Made by a program: the position numbers and the translations under genes. From Balanoglossus misakiensis (taxonomy: Eukaryota; Animalia; Hemichordata): a stretch of DNA of 64,000 nt. Positions within the stretch are counted from its first letter, which is position 1. The number at the start of each line of letters is the position of its first letter. Location: NCBI GenBank assembly GCA_040954595.2, contig CM082588.2, positions 1,231,935-1,295,934 on the forward strand, written 5' to 3'. A model generated the notes under the pieces. That model searched no databases and was not told where the DNA came from. It saw only the letters and a program-made list of their open reading frames with translations. Shown in pieces: positions 14,701 to 32,467 of this stretch.

Positions 14701-17700
14701 CCTGGCGTTTTACAAAGGAGAATCTGTAAGTTGGCAAGTTCTATGTTCCATCTGGTCTAGAATGCTGATAATTTCATGTCTAGTTTCATTCTGTTTCCCA
14801 CGGGGACTGATTTGGAAATGGTTTTTAAAATTACAGCTGATTTGGAAAGCCAAATGAACGACCTTCAAGAAGCCAATGAATGTGCCGTGGCCGAACTCTC
14901 GAAAGCCGAAAAGAAGTTACTGGAGCTAAAAGAAGAAAATGAGAGTTACAAAACAGCAAATAAATTGACAAGTGACGACTACCAGGGGGAGAATAGAAAA
15001 TTGTATAAAGAGGTACGCACCATTCTTGGTTTGTTTGATGTAGAAGTTTTGTGTATTTTTCAACGCAGAAAGCTATGAAGACCTCTGAACTGCACCACGT
15101 CATCTACATGCAGATTCGAGACAGAGACAATATCCGCCATTTAGCATTTGAAAATGACATTGATTCTGAACAGAAGCTATCCGTGATTGTTTTTCAGATT
15201 GACAGGTTGAAGCACAACAGATACAGTGGCTCTAGTAGTCTGGAAGATGATGTCATTCTACTTCGAACTGACTTGCGATCGCTGAGACAAGAACATGACA
15301 GCTTGACCGACGAGAATTCACGACTGAAGGATGACATCAGAGATCTCAAACGGAGACACAAACACATAGAGCACGAAACATCTACACTGAGCAGGGAAAA
15401 TACAAGACTCTCTGAAGTTGGGCCAAGTAAGTGAACTCTCAACTCTAAGCTTTGACCCAACAATTCAGTGCTTTGACAGAGAAAAGTAAGTTTTGAATGT
15501 GGCTTGTTCTCAGGCATGATGATAACACTACCATATGCATGAACTGTCTTTCAGCTTTGAATTTGTCGTCACACACCGATGTGAAAAACACAGAATTGAG
15601 TATCGATCAAAAGCGTGGCAGTAAGAAATACTTTTGTTTTACTTTAAAGGAAGTGTGCACCTCAGGAGCTCAAATTTATCAAAAGTTGAAATTCAAAATG
15701 GCTGCCAAACCATATTATTGGAAAGTCTGTCCAGGAGGTGCATAGTCCCTTGGGTTGTTTTCCGCTAATATTTGTGTGTCGTACATCACCTCACTTCACT
15801 TGTTTAGGAGCAATGTAATTTAACCAGCATACTCATTTTGACTTTTAGTGTGTGCATGTAAAATTTACTTATATGGACAAATCAGAACACTCCCATTTCA
15901 AAATAACAGAGTTGGTGCAAGTTGAAATTGACTCTAAATTCAAACCTCCTCTTGAGAGAGAACAGGAACTCAGTGTTTGATGTTCTTGACTAACCATGAT
16001 AGTTATTTGAGAAGTTTACCAACACATAGATGCTGTACTGGATTTTGTCACATTCCTAAAACTTTAAGTTAATTTATAAATGATAGTGCACTAAACACCA
16101 GCATAATGTCATGTGTATATAACACCCAAAGTTAAAACTTCACCAATTTTTCTCATTGCAGGAGAACGAGAGGAATTGTACAGTCGCCTTGAAAGATACA
16201 GGAAGGAGAAGCAAGAAGCCATGGATGAAATCCATGCCTTGAAAGATCAGCTGAGTTTAATCACACCAACCACCCCCTCTAAAACCTATACCCCAACCCT
16301 CTCTGCTTCCAATCCCGACCACAGTAAATACTACACACCTCCAGAGGGGAGGTTGTCACACAGCGGATCAACCCTTCCATCCAAGTTTTCTCCATCCAGG
16401 GCGTCAAAGAGCTTGAGTGCATCGTTGTCACCCCCTCACAGATATCATCATGCTTGGGATGGTGAGTGTTGATTGGAAGCATATTGTGTCAGTGTTTAAA
16501 AAAATTGTCTTTCTTAGTTCTGATAAGCCCTTCACAAAACATCACAAGAATACGAGAACTGCAGGGACCTCCAAACTGTATATAGACTGCCTTATCTTCT
16601 AATGCTTATGTGGGGAAAGTTAAAGGTAATTAGGCCACTTAATACAGGTCATAGATCAGTGACATCACATCCTGTATATTTTCAGATTCAGGCAAAGATT
16701 CACCAGCATCAAATACCAGTGATTCCACAGCCGTGCTGACTGCAGGATGGCATGAAGACAGAGTACATGAGGGATTTGGTGCTGTTGATTCTCTAACAGC
16801 ACAGATTGATAAAGAATTACAGAGGAAAAGAGATGATTCTCGAGGTAAGAATTTACTTCAGACATTTTTGTCCAGTGTACATTTACTCTGACTATTTTCC
16901 TGCATGTGATTGATATTACTGGAGCCCAGGGCCAAATCCTAAAATGATTGATTTTTGTCTGATTTAGGAACAAGGAGATCGGCCAAATACAGTGAACTGG
17001 AAGACTACAGTACCAGCGGTCTTGAAGAAGTCAAACCACACGTCAACGGAAAGAGCAAGAAATCAAGACACCATCACCGACACCAACAGAGTGGGAATCT
17101 GAGCAGCAGTAGTTCCTTGTCATCCCTCCTGGATGAGTTGGATGAGATCACCCCTTATGGTGCAGGGTCAGGAAACAGAAGATCCCATTCTACTGATAGG
17201 AGGGAGAAGCATTCAGGGAGGGGAGGTAAGGGGTTGGCCTCTTGTCATAGGTGTATACTTTAGAGTCAGTTTTATGTTAAAAAGAATGTTATCAAGTGCA
17301 AAGAAATCTCATTCAAATAATTGATTTTTTTGCAGATTTCACTCCAATCACCAAAGCATCATCGGTCCAGACGTTGGACTCCTTCCGTACCGAAGACTTC
17401 ACCCTTGACCCGATGGACACCAAGACATCGTCATCACGACACTCCCGACAGAGGAGCTCATCGCCAGTCGACACCCGAGTTCCTCCTCCGGCTGGTTTCC
17501 GTAGCGTTGCTCCCAAACATCTCGTCACCCAGCACAACAGAGATATTCTGGCACACACAGTCAGGTAAGATGTTTGTCCTCTCAGAGAACACCCTGCCAT
17601 CCTCTTTGATTATGTGTGATTGTCTCCTTGCATCAAATTCACTGACTTTGTTGAAAATACAATGTGCCCTTTATGCAAGCCATTCCCTCAAAGACCAGCA

Positions 17701-18381
17701 GCTGTTGTCCACAAACGGAAATGCTCAGCACTTCAAAACAAAGCCAGACTTCACAGAAACAAAACCGCAATTGAAAACTGGCTAAGCTTCTTATCACTGT
17801 CTTCAGAGTAATGATCATTACCTGCATAAAGTGTGCCGGTCTTAATCTTATTATGACTTATTTGTTACCCTGTCCAGTCCATTCTGTTACGAAGGGGTGT
17901 GCAGGTGCATTTTCACCATCACTTAGTGTTCATAACATTCATAATCAATCAGCTCACCTGTTTCCTTTGGTCATTGGATTTTTTTCTTTCTTACAGTGAA
18001 CCCTTCACATTCAACTTCCCATCCCGTCCATTCGCTCCGCGCATGGCAGCTGACATCAACATCGGAGATATGGTGAAGTTTTCCAGACCTGGTGGGAAGA
18101 TCAGTAAAGGAATAGTGAAGTACAATGGATATCTGCCGGGAAGGAACGACACCTATCTCGGTGTTGAACTAGAACATGAAGGTAAAGTACAATTTGTACA
18201 TATAGTGGTTCTTACTATTGTTATTGTTATCTCATGACATATTTGATGATTTTATGTTCAATTTTGTCTTTCAGATGGCAAACATGACGGTATTTTCAAT
18301 AATCAACGATTCTTCAAATGCAGGCCGAACAAAGGAGTCTTTGTCAGCTTCAAGAAGGTCATCATGGTTTGGGGAAGTTAA
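2618..18381 (+). CDS. Multi-exon protein: N-terminal C2HC zinc finger, disordered region, coiled coil, C-terminal CAP-Gly domain
   Basis: Phase-consistent GT-AG exons 2618-2705, 13210-14069, 14239-14430, 14530-14725, 14837-15012, 15198-15426, 16162-16461, 16686-16844, 16968-17225, 17336-17564, 17997-18181, 18275-18381. The C-terminus has CAP-Gly motifs GDMVKF..GIVKYNG..YLGVELE..DGKHDG..RFFKC..KGVFV. The link to exon 1 is less certain than the rest. Confidence 0.8.
6066..6240 (+). CDS. Candidate alternative or decayed exon with a CBM48/AMPK-beta-like beta-sandwich pattern
   Basis: AG at 6064-65; open frame GDPVSLKWNSQEVHFQSEVLLVAPGNHQCQLVIGEDVHELTKFSIKPATKEITLTIKS; strong phase-1 donor G|GTAAGT at 6241. 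Confidence 0.4.
6571..6626. mobile_element. Short palindromic MITE with TAG..CTA termini, Academ/AcademH-like
   Basis: TIRs TAGTCTCGGTTACC / GGTAACCGAGACTA, flanked by direct repeats acacacaagt / acacacaagg; second copy at 38820. Confidence 0.8.
9073..9091 (+). CDS. Candidate short alternative first coding exon (MEPHWN) of the CAP-Gly gene
   Basis: AAAATGG start context, then G|GTGAGT phase-1 donor compatible with the acceptor at 13209. Confidence 0.4.
15648..15750. mobile_element. Possible Kolobok-like MITE remnant in an intron
   Basis: TTAA-AGGAAGTGTGCACCTC ... GAGGTGCATAGTCCCT imperfect terminal inverted repeat. Confidence 0.35.
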
Positions 18382-19419
18382 ATTTGATCAGTAAGAAGAT
18401 GTAATAATGGGAGACAAAGAATAAATATTTTCAGTAAAAAATACTAAAACATGGACTCTATCAGAGTTATGCCAAAATTCCAAATGATTATAGAGGTTGA
18501 AATAGTCACAAAATTGTTAAAATAAATACTCTAACATTCCCAGTGTGAGACGGTTTCTAAAAGCTATACATTTTGTACTCTTTTGTGGCTAACTATTATT
18601 CATATTCAATGCCAAAGTTATTCAGGTTGTCACGGAAACATGAGTTTCAAATTGGGAAAAAATGAATAGTTTGAATATGATGTACATTTGTTCATATCAC
18701 AACAGAAATCAGTAATAAAGTTATATTTACAATTAGTGAAGGAGAAGTTGATTGTAAAAATTCAGAATCTGATTCAGAATTCAATTTTTTGGATACTAAA
18801 GTTTAGTTTTGTACGAAGGGCGAGTTTTTATGTCAAACTTTATGTACTTCTTGTATCTTTCTCTGTAAACAATTCTCGGTGCGACTACTTTGTAAATTCC
18901 TCTTCATGCTGATAGAAGGAACAACTCATATTCTATTATGTATATAGATACAAATATGTACGTTTATAAATTTTCAATTTAAGGAATTCGAAGTTTCAAC
19001 ATTTTCAGTTCTGCAGTGTGATGGTTGTATTCCTGTTTAATATAAGTTGCATGACACTTTCACCAGTAGCATATCGATGAAGACCCCCCCCCCCCGTCCA
19101 TCTTGGAAGAGCGCCCTCAAGCACCAACCCTCACAATGATTTCGTATGGTTTGCTGTTTATTTTTTACTGGCTTGTAAATTTTGTAGTACACTGTTTTTG
19201 ATTGTAACATAGAATGTATTATAAGAAAAATTCAAATGTGAGCATTTATCACAAATATTATTTTGCTTTATTGTCATTTAAAATTGTACTGTAATATTGG
19301 GAAAGCAAATAAAATTTAACTGTCAATTATTATAACTGAAATCTCAAGATATTGTGGTTTTAAGTTCTCCTGTCATCCAGTTTTAATATTGAAGAAGGTG
19401 AATTACGAACATATAGTTG

Positions 19420-19895
19420 ATTTCTGGTGGGTTTCCAGACTCTCGCAAATCAGTAGAAGTGAATCTCATGCACGAACAGCTATAACCTTGATCCTAACAT
19501 TCTTCAAAATTATCACCCCGTGTCGCATCTGTCTTTTATCTCGACGGTCAGTGAACCTGACAGTTTCCAAAACGACTGAATACAAGACGCTCAGCACAAT
19601 CTGCTCGTTGAACGTCAATCAGTGTACGTCGCGGTATTGATCAGGATGAAGCGTTCTGCAGACTGCCGTCTCCTGAACGATGCCTTCGACACAAGTAACC
19701 ACAACATTTTGTTACGCATGTTGACGACTCGAGTGAACAGTGGTTACAGGTTTGTTTGGGGGTACATATAGGGCTTTTTTTTACTGTGCCGTAAGCAGCT
19801 TGTTTCTGCTGGGGCAAATTTTGACGAAAGCGCGGGTCACTGGATTGTAGTGTCTTTCTCAAGGTTCGGTCCTTGGACCTGTTCTGTTCTTTCCC
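19420..19895 (+). mobile_element. Highly degenerate LINE (L2/CR1-type) reverse transcriptase fragment
   Basis: Collinear RT remnants across frameshifts: RSVNLTVSKTTE (~YRPVSNL..SK.LE), HNLLVERQSVY, AFDTSNHNILLRML (~AFDTVDH.ILL..L), QGSVLGPVLF (19860-19889). Confidence 0.75.
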
Positions 19896-20244
19896 TGCTG
19901 TTTACAAGTTATTCTTGGAGGACATCTTAACCAGGCAGTAGATGAAACACAATCATGTGTGATAGCGACCAACTCGGGTTTGAATCTGTAGCCTACATGT
20001 GTACCATGGAGTGGTCAAACTAAAAAGCACAAACTCCCACAAGTTTAATTTTGAGGGAGGGGGCAAAGTCGACAGTTTCGGCGAAATACCAATGTCAAAC
20101 CTTTACTTTTTCCTACAAATAATGGTGAAAAGTTGAGATCGTGGTAAAAAGTAGTATTTCAAGAGTTAAACAGTGTCGAAAGTGTGTAGTTCCTTGGACA
20201 AAATTCTACCGTTTTTCGCAATGAGCAGAGAAACTATCCAGACG

Positions 20245-20500
20245 CGCGTCTCTGTGATTGGCCGAAACTGCCGCGTCGCGCCGTCGTTGCCAGAACTACG
20301 TCACAAAGTTCGGAAAGTTCGAAATCTTCTGTTTCTTGTTGCCAATCACAACCGTGCCGCTACCTTGCAGAGTAAGCATCGTAGTAATCTCGCTGCCGAT
20401 ATCTGCATCAGACGATACACTTTTACTTAGCAGAATTTCTTCAAACAGGGACTACATATTGCAAAGGCGTGTAAGGTAAGACTGTACACTACCAGTTGAA
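20245..20500 (+). promoter_or_regulatory. Copy 1 of a duplicated promoter plus 5' exon
   Basis: CCAAT box (TGATTGG), TACGTCAC CRE-like site, ends in AAG|GTAAG donor at 20476; diverged direct repeat of 20863-21105. Confidence 0.6.
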
Positions 20501-20862
20501 TATCGAAAACGTTTTCAATCGGCGTTGTGCAAGCAATAATCGGCGACTTTGTGACACGCGGTGGGATCACGGCTACGATGATGGGATAGAGTAAAACACG
20601 AGTGATGGAGACTAAACTCAAATCAGAATGTTCAGTGGGAGAGGGTGAAGCTATTCGCTTGATAGAAACGTCTGCTTTTTATTTTGTCCCACCATTATGT
20701 ATAAAAAATAAGTTGTTACATCGAACAAACGTATTGATGTCAAACACTGGCAGACAGCGTTGTCACTCTCCACACAAAGTTCTTATCGCGTATACCCACA
20801 AATAAGAACTCGGACTCCGAGAGCGAGAATCTGCGAGACGCTTGACAACCTCACTACGCAGA

Positions 20863-21105
20863 GCGTCTCTGTGATTGGCTGAAACTTCGCCGTCGCTGGA
20901 ACTACGTCACGAAGTTCGAAAAGTTCGAAATGTTCTGTTTGTTTGTTGTCATTCACAACCTTGCGACTACGCTGTAGTTGAAGCATCGTAGCAATATCGC
21001 TGTTGATATTAGCATCAGATGACAAAGTTTTTAGCGGAATTTATTCAAAGTGGGTCTAAGCATTGTAAAGCATACAAGGTAAGGCGTATACAGTTCCCGC
21101 TGAAT
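20863..21105 (+). promoter_or_regulatory. Copy 2 of a duplicated promoter plus 5' exon
   Basis: Same motifs in the same order as copy 1; AAG|GTAAG donor at 21079. Confidence 0.6.
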
Positions 21106-21332
21106 AGAGGAAAAAATGTTTAATGCGCGGTTTTCAAACAATTTTCGGCAAAAAATGTGATACGGGGTTTGGTGGTTCGATCCACTGGCGTGAATATACG
21201 ATGGCAAAGGTAAAGTGTAAAGATTACAGTATTTTTTCTAAGTGTCTATACCAGTCAGACTATCTGACGCACTGTGTCTGTTGGCCATATTTTCATCATA
21301 TACATGTCATCATTTTTATCTTGTATAACAGA

Positions 21333-24017
21333 ATGAGCAAGTCTCATAGTATCGAGGATCTTCCCACCAACAGTGGGATGGAACACCGGAAGAGTACAAG
21401 GACTCTCCATCAGAGGAGGACGCAGCCAACGACAGAGAGGAAACAACTTCCTGGAGATAGCAGAGAAATTATGATGATGGCGAAGAAGAAGGCTAGTCAT
21501 CAAGCTAAGCAGGTCCAGGACTTCAAGAAGGATATACAGAGATTAATGCGACGAAAAGATGGTAAGAGAATGAGTCCTCCTACACGAGAAAGACACCCTG
21601 GCTCTCAAGTCATGAAAGCTGAACGGAAAACATCAACTCAAAGTCAAAAAGTCAATCACAAGATGGTCAAACCGAAGCCAAAGGTTCCAAAGTACCAACG
21701 TGTCTCGATTAACTCACCAATGGAACTGGAATACTACATGGGATCGATCAAAGTCAACAATCGCCGGGAAACCATGGCAACTGTAGAAATGGAGATGTCA
21801 GGATACAAGAAGACAAAACCCAAAAGTTCTTCTCCCATCCGTACAAGCAAAGACGACTCAGATTCCACTGGTTCAGACAAAGATGATTCAGATGATGTCA
21901 GTTTGGATATGGATGAGTTAGAAGGCCGTGTTTCAGAAGTAGTGGCTCCAAAGATTGAGAGATCTGCTGAGACCAACATCGTGAAACCAGGCGCCAACCT
22001 ACACGAAAGAGAAGTCTCTCCCCAGACGTCTGGATCCGACAACAATCTTGACCTTGATGTCAAAGAAGACGAACCATCAAGTAGCTCTCTCGATGCAGCG
22101 TATTCCTCAAAAGTTGATGCGGATGTACCACTAAAAGACACTGCAGTGATGAAAAATGACACACCTGCATCTGGTGAGATGTCGACTGCACTGGATCTTG
22201 AAGTACCCATTGAAAACAGCAAGATGCTTCAAGACAACTTCACCTATGTACCAGATACTGCAGCTAGTCCAATGGAGGCTTTATCAGTCGTCAAAGCAGA
22301 TACACTAGAAGCTGTACCAGAAGCCATAACTGCTGATAGAAGTCACACAGTCACTTCATCACAAGAGACAATGGATGCAGGAGATGTGTCAGCCAAGACA
22401 ACTTCTGCCACTACTGATGACATCATCCCATTAACAGGACACCAAGAACTGGTTGAGTCCAACACTACATCACACAGTACAACTGAGAAACAGGAGAATG
22501 CTGCAAATGACTGTGTATCCAGTATGAACACAACAGCAACCTGTATTAAGCAGGGATGTCCAAGTCATCCACAGCAACCACCAACTGTAGGGAACACAGA
22601 AGTTCTTAGTGACATTGTGACAGAACATGGAAAGGTGGACTTGAGTGTTAGCCAGCCTAGTATTGCCAAAACTGTCAGATGGGATGATGAAGTGAGAGAA
22701 ATGAGAGCAGTGGATGGCAGTTACAGAAGAAGTGATAGAATTCATGGAAGTAATGACCAGGAAGAGAATGAAGAGCCACACAATTCAAGATACCCCTTTG
22801 AGATGACCATTCCTCAAGAAGTGTCTCAAAATTTGGACGTCTTGAAGACATTTGCAACCAGTAAATATGTCTTGTGCAGACCAGTGAGAATTCCAAGTAC
22901 TGTTGATGGATGCGATAAGTTCAACCTTGAGGCCGGCATAATTCCTCCAGAGGTGGTTGTGAAGTTGGCAAAGTTAGCAAGTGAACGTGAGCGCCTGAGG
23001 ACTCTGGGTGCACTGCCACCAGCAGTAGATGAAGTACAAGAAGATACATACATACCTGAAGAAGTTTCCAGAAATTTGGACATCTTCAAGACATTTGCAT
23101 CAGGCAACCTTGTTCTGTGTAGACCAGTGACAATTCGAAGTGGTAACGGTGAAGAAGGTGGCATTTCCCTACCAGCTGGCCCAATTTCAGAAAATACCCA
23201 AAACCTTCTGAAGAAGATGTCACAAGGCGAGCCACAGTTACAGATGTCCCTTCCTGAGGAATTTTCCAGAAATCTGGACATTTTCAAGACATTTTCATCT
23301 GGAAAACTTGTGCTGGTTGACAACACACCTCAACCATTAACTGAACGTCTGGATGTGAAGAAAGCCATGGCAACCAAAGTGACAAAGCCAGCGCTTAAAT
23401 TCAAGCCTTTTGTGCCAAAACCTTGCACTGAATGTGAAGAGATGAATGCAGAATTGATGACCAGTGGCACTGAAAGTACCCAGACACCACTTCGAAACCA
23501 GAACCAGAAGAAGCCAAAACTCTGCAAGACATGTGAAAGAAAGAAGAAACTCAGAGAATATATTGATGAAAGACTGAAGAACATTGTAGACATTAAAATG
23601 AAGAAGACATACTCAAAGGATACTCGTAAAGAGGAAATAGAGAACCAAACTTTGGTGAATTCAGATGAAGGTGCCCAGCTGGCAGTATCTACTGACATCC
23701 CATCACATGACAATGCTGAAAAGAGGGAACCAGAACCATTGATGACATTGAACTTGCCTGCAGATGATGCTGATGTCATAAGTGGTGATGGGCAGGAGCT
23801 GAATGCTGATGAAAATAATAACCAGAAGATGACAAATGGACAGGCAGTGACTGATTTGCTTCCAGCAACCTTGGACAACTCTGAAGTTGATGTGAGCCCC
23901 AAAGCAGTGACCAATCATCTGTGGATATCGTCGATAATGTCATGCAAACAGATGGCTGTCCCCATGGGACTGTACAGAGGGACGAAACTCAAAACAAGAC
24001 TGTGTTTGAAACTGTGA
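21333..24017 (+). CDS. Uncharacterised ~894-aa protein in a single coding exon, with three internal repeats and a CxxC..CxxC motif
   Basis: 2.9-kb open frame; polypyrimidine/AG acceptor at 21330-31 directly before ATG 21333. The first ~70 codons of the ORF-track call look intronic. Confidence 0.8.
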   Translation: MSKSHSIEDLPTNSGMEHRKSTRTLHQRRTQPTTERKQLPGDSREIMMMAKKKASHQAKQVQDFKKDIQRLMRRKDGKRMSPPTRERHPGSQVMKAERKTSTQSQKVNHKMVKPKPKVPKYQRVSINSPMELEYYMGSIKVNNRRETMATVEMEMSGYKKTKPKSSSPIRTSKDDSDSTGSDKDDSDDVSLDMDELEGRVSEVVAPKIERSAETNIVKPGANLHEREVSPQTSGSDNNLDLDVKEDEPSSSSLDAAYSSKVDADVPLKDTAVMKNDTPASGEMSTALDLEVPIENSKMLQDNFTYVPDTAASPMEALSVVKADTLEAVPEAITADRSHTVTSSQETMDAGDVSAKTTSATTDDIIPLTGHQELVESNTTSHSTTEKQENAANDCVSSMNTTATCIKQGCPSHPQQPPTVGNTEVLSDIVTEHGKVDLSVSQPSIAKTVRWDDEVREMRAVDGSYRRSDRIHGSNDQEENEEPHNSRYPFEMTIPQEVSQNLDVLKTFATSKYVLCRPVRIPSTVDGCDKFNLEAGIIPPEVVVKLAKLASERERLRTLGALPPAVDEVQEDTYIPEEVSRNLDIFKTFASGNLVLCRPVTIRSGNGEEGGISLPAGPISENTQNLLKKMSQGEPQLQMSLPEEFSRNLDIFKTFSSGKLVLVDNTPQPLTERLDVKKAMATKVTKPALKFKPFVPKPCTECEEMNAELMTSGTESTQTPLRNQNQKKPKLCKTCERKKKLREYIDERLKNIVDIKMKKTYSKDTRKEEIENQTLVNSDEGAQLAVSTDIPSHDNAEKREPEPLMTLNLPADDADVISGDGQELNADENNNQKMTNGQAVTDLLPATLDNSEVDVSPKAVTNHLWISSIMSCKQMAVPMGLYRGTKLKTRLCLKL

Positions 24018-24814
24018 CAAGAACCATTTTAGAATTTATAGTTCAAGGATTTGGATGATAATAAGAGACACTGTGGTTTTATCTAGCTTCAAGGACTTCT
24101 GATCTGGTGCCTGTGTTTTTGCTGAAAGTGACCCTGCCAAGTCAATGCAATGGATTCCAATCGCGAGCAGCCTCAACGAATGTGACATTTTATTGACTTT
24201 TGAGACTTAACCCTGACTGAATTGAGAAATGAGATGGACAGTTACTGTGCCGCATATTGGATGAAAACTTTCACTAGTTATGACTAGTTAGTGGAGTGAT
24301 GCATCCAAATGACTCTATACAGACTCTATACATATACTGTAAATATGATTAAAAAAAACTTTTTTAAGAGAAGGAAAACTCAAGTATGCACACAAAGAAG
24401 GTGACGGACCAAACACTTATGTCTTTTGTGAAATCTGATATCAAATGCACTTTCATGTATACATTTTCTTGTTCTTTGACATTATTTTAAGACATGTAAA
24501 TACATATTAATTGAAAAGAAATATGTTTATAGTGTTGTGTACTTTAATGTATGTGTGTGGTCGAAGCGAGAGACAAACTAGCGCCCTCATATGTACATTC
24601 AAAGTATTTCTTTTGTTTTTAAAGGGGCATTGACCTTGCTAAGCAGCGTCGGTGTCCCCAACATGGCTGCTTACCTAGCGACGTAAAAGCGTCAGACTTA
24701 TAAGCATGAATCATTTTGCTGAATAAGGTGTTTTGGAAATGACAAAGTAGTAATCTCAGATGTTCAACAAAACATTACTGTGACGATCGCCAGTCTTACT
24801 ACAAGTTTCCACTC

Positions 24815-30865
<6,051 letters not shown>

Positions 30866-31287
30866 AGGGACAATTAAGTCTCTCTCTCGCAGGCCTTTTC
30901 CCATTAATTATTTTTGATACAAGACACTGTTCATGTTATTCTACATGTGGATATATAAAGAATCAACATTCAACGACACATACTTCCATCCCGTTTGTAG
31001 GATATAAGAGTAAAAATGAATAAAAGGTAAACACGGATTATTCATTTTGGTGAGTTTTTCACTCTCGTGTCTACAAGTTGGATGGAAGTTGTGTGTGGTT
31101 GAACTTTTGGCAATGTGATGCAAATGTTGACAAGGACAGAGACACTTACTTCTATGACTTAGAAAAGCTTGCTCCTATGAGTGGTATAGCTCTCTTTTCT
31201 AAGTCACAGGAACAATCGGCAACTGAATAAGACATAATTGGTGCAATGTGTCTCGGTTTTATTGAGACATCCACAGCTTACAGTAGC

Positions 31288-31306
31288 TGCGCCCCCTAGC
31301 GGTCCA
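31288..31306 (-). promoter_or_regulatory. CTCF-binding motif
   Basis: Minus strand reads TGGACCGCTAGGGGGCGCA, close to the CTCF consensus CCASYAGRKGGCRS. Confidence 0.6.
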
Positions 31307-31806
31307 GTGACAGTATATTATATTCAATGTCTTGAATTTCATTTTGATTTCCACAGCAATTTATTTGCAGAAGCAAATGCCAATTGATCAATTAAAATAG
31401 CATTAGGGCAAAGACATTGTCACGGAACCATGAGCAGAATTCATTGCAAATTTTTCGTTTTAATTTTTACAAGTTTTGGGGTTGCTTTGTCAGCAGCAGT
31501 TTAGACAACCTTTCTGTTGTCGCTTAAACAAACAGAAGTATCCAAATTGAAAACATTTTGAAAATTTAGTGATTTCTAATACTGCTCCCAGCTTTCGAAG
31601 AGAAAAGGGGATAGAGAGAGGAAAGAGGATAATTGATTGTATCATTGATACAATCAATTATATGCAAGAGTGAAGATGCAATGTATGCATGCCATTCCAG
31701 AAAGCTAGAAAATGGAAATAGTATGCATTCATAAGCAATAGAGAGAGAGATACATGTGTTGAAGCTAAATCAACTCACACCTATCAGGTCTTGAGAGAGC
31801 AAGTCT

Positions 31807-32055
31807 AATCCAATTTTGGTCAATTTGAGTAAATTACATTAAGTTTAAACATGGTCGTCCAACTTTGTAATTGTATACATTTTGTCTTAAACAATTCAAT
31901 CCAATTTTGATCAATTTGAATAAATTACATTAAGTTTAAACATGGTTGTCAAACTTTGTATATAAAACAATTCAATCCAATTTTGATCAATTTGAATAAA
32001 TTACATTAAGTTTAAACATGGTTGTCCAACTTTGTAATTGAATACATTTTGACTT
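31807..32055. repeat. About three imperfect 76-91 bp tandem copies
   Basis: AATCCAATTTTG..AAATTACATTAAGTTTAAACATGGT recurs at 31807, 31898 and 31974. Confidence 0.85.
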
Positions 32056-32467
32056 TATAAAGTTTTCAAATTGCCCATATCCCTTCAGCTACGCCATTAC
32101 CATTGAGCCTAAAATATTAATGTTAGTTGTTACGCGCAAGTTACTATGTTAGTGGTTACGCTTATAATTAGGCTGAAATGGTAAATCCGAAGATCACTGG
32201 ACCCACAAGTTATGGAGTTAAAGCATGAACGCTGCGGCCGCATTTAAATGAGCTATGTGGGAAATCCATTGATCTTCAGACTGGCTGATCACTGAAAATT
32301 TGATGTGCATGTCAATAAATAAAAATCCCCATACGACATTAAATAGGCATCATTCTGCCAGAAGTTGGACAAGTTGGACTTGACATCAATTTGCTTTGTG
32401 CTTGAATAAAAAAGAAATCGCTTACTTTTGAGTAAAATTTTGAAGTATAGTAATTTGTGATACAGTC

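Noticed and set aside
21123-21332. First 70 codons of the 964-aa ORF
   Set aside because: The composition is intron-like and ends in a polypyrimidine/AG acceptor; ATG 21333 is the better start.
21255-23918. Long antisense ORFs opposite the orphan gene
   Set aside because: They are shadow ORFs of a coding strand with no independent motifs.
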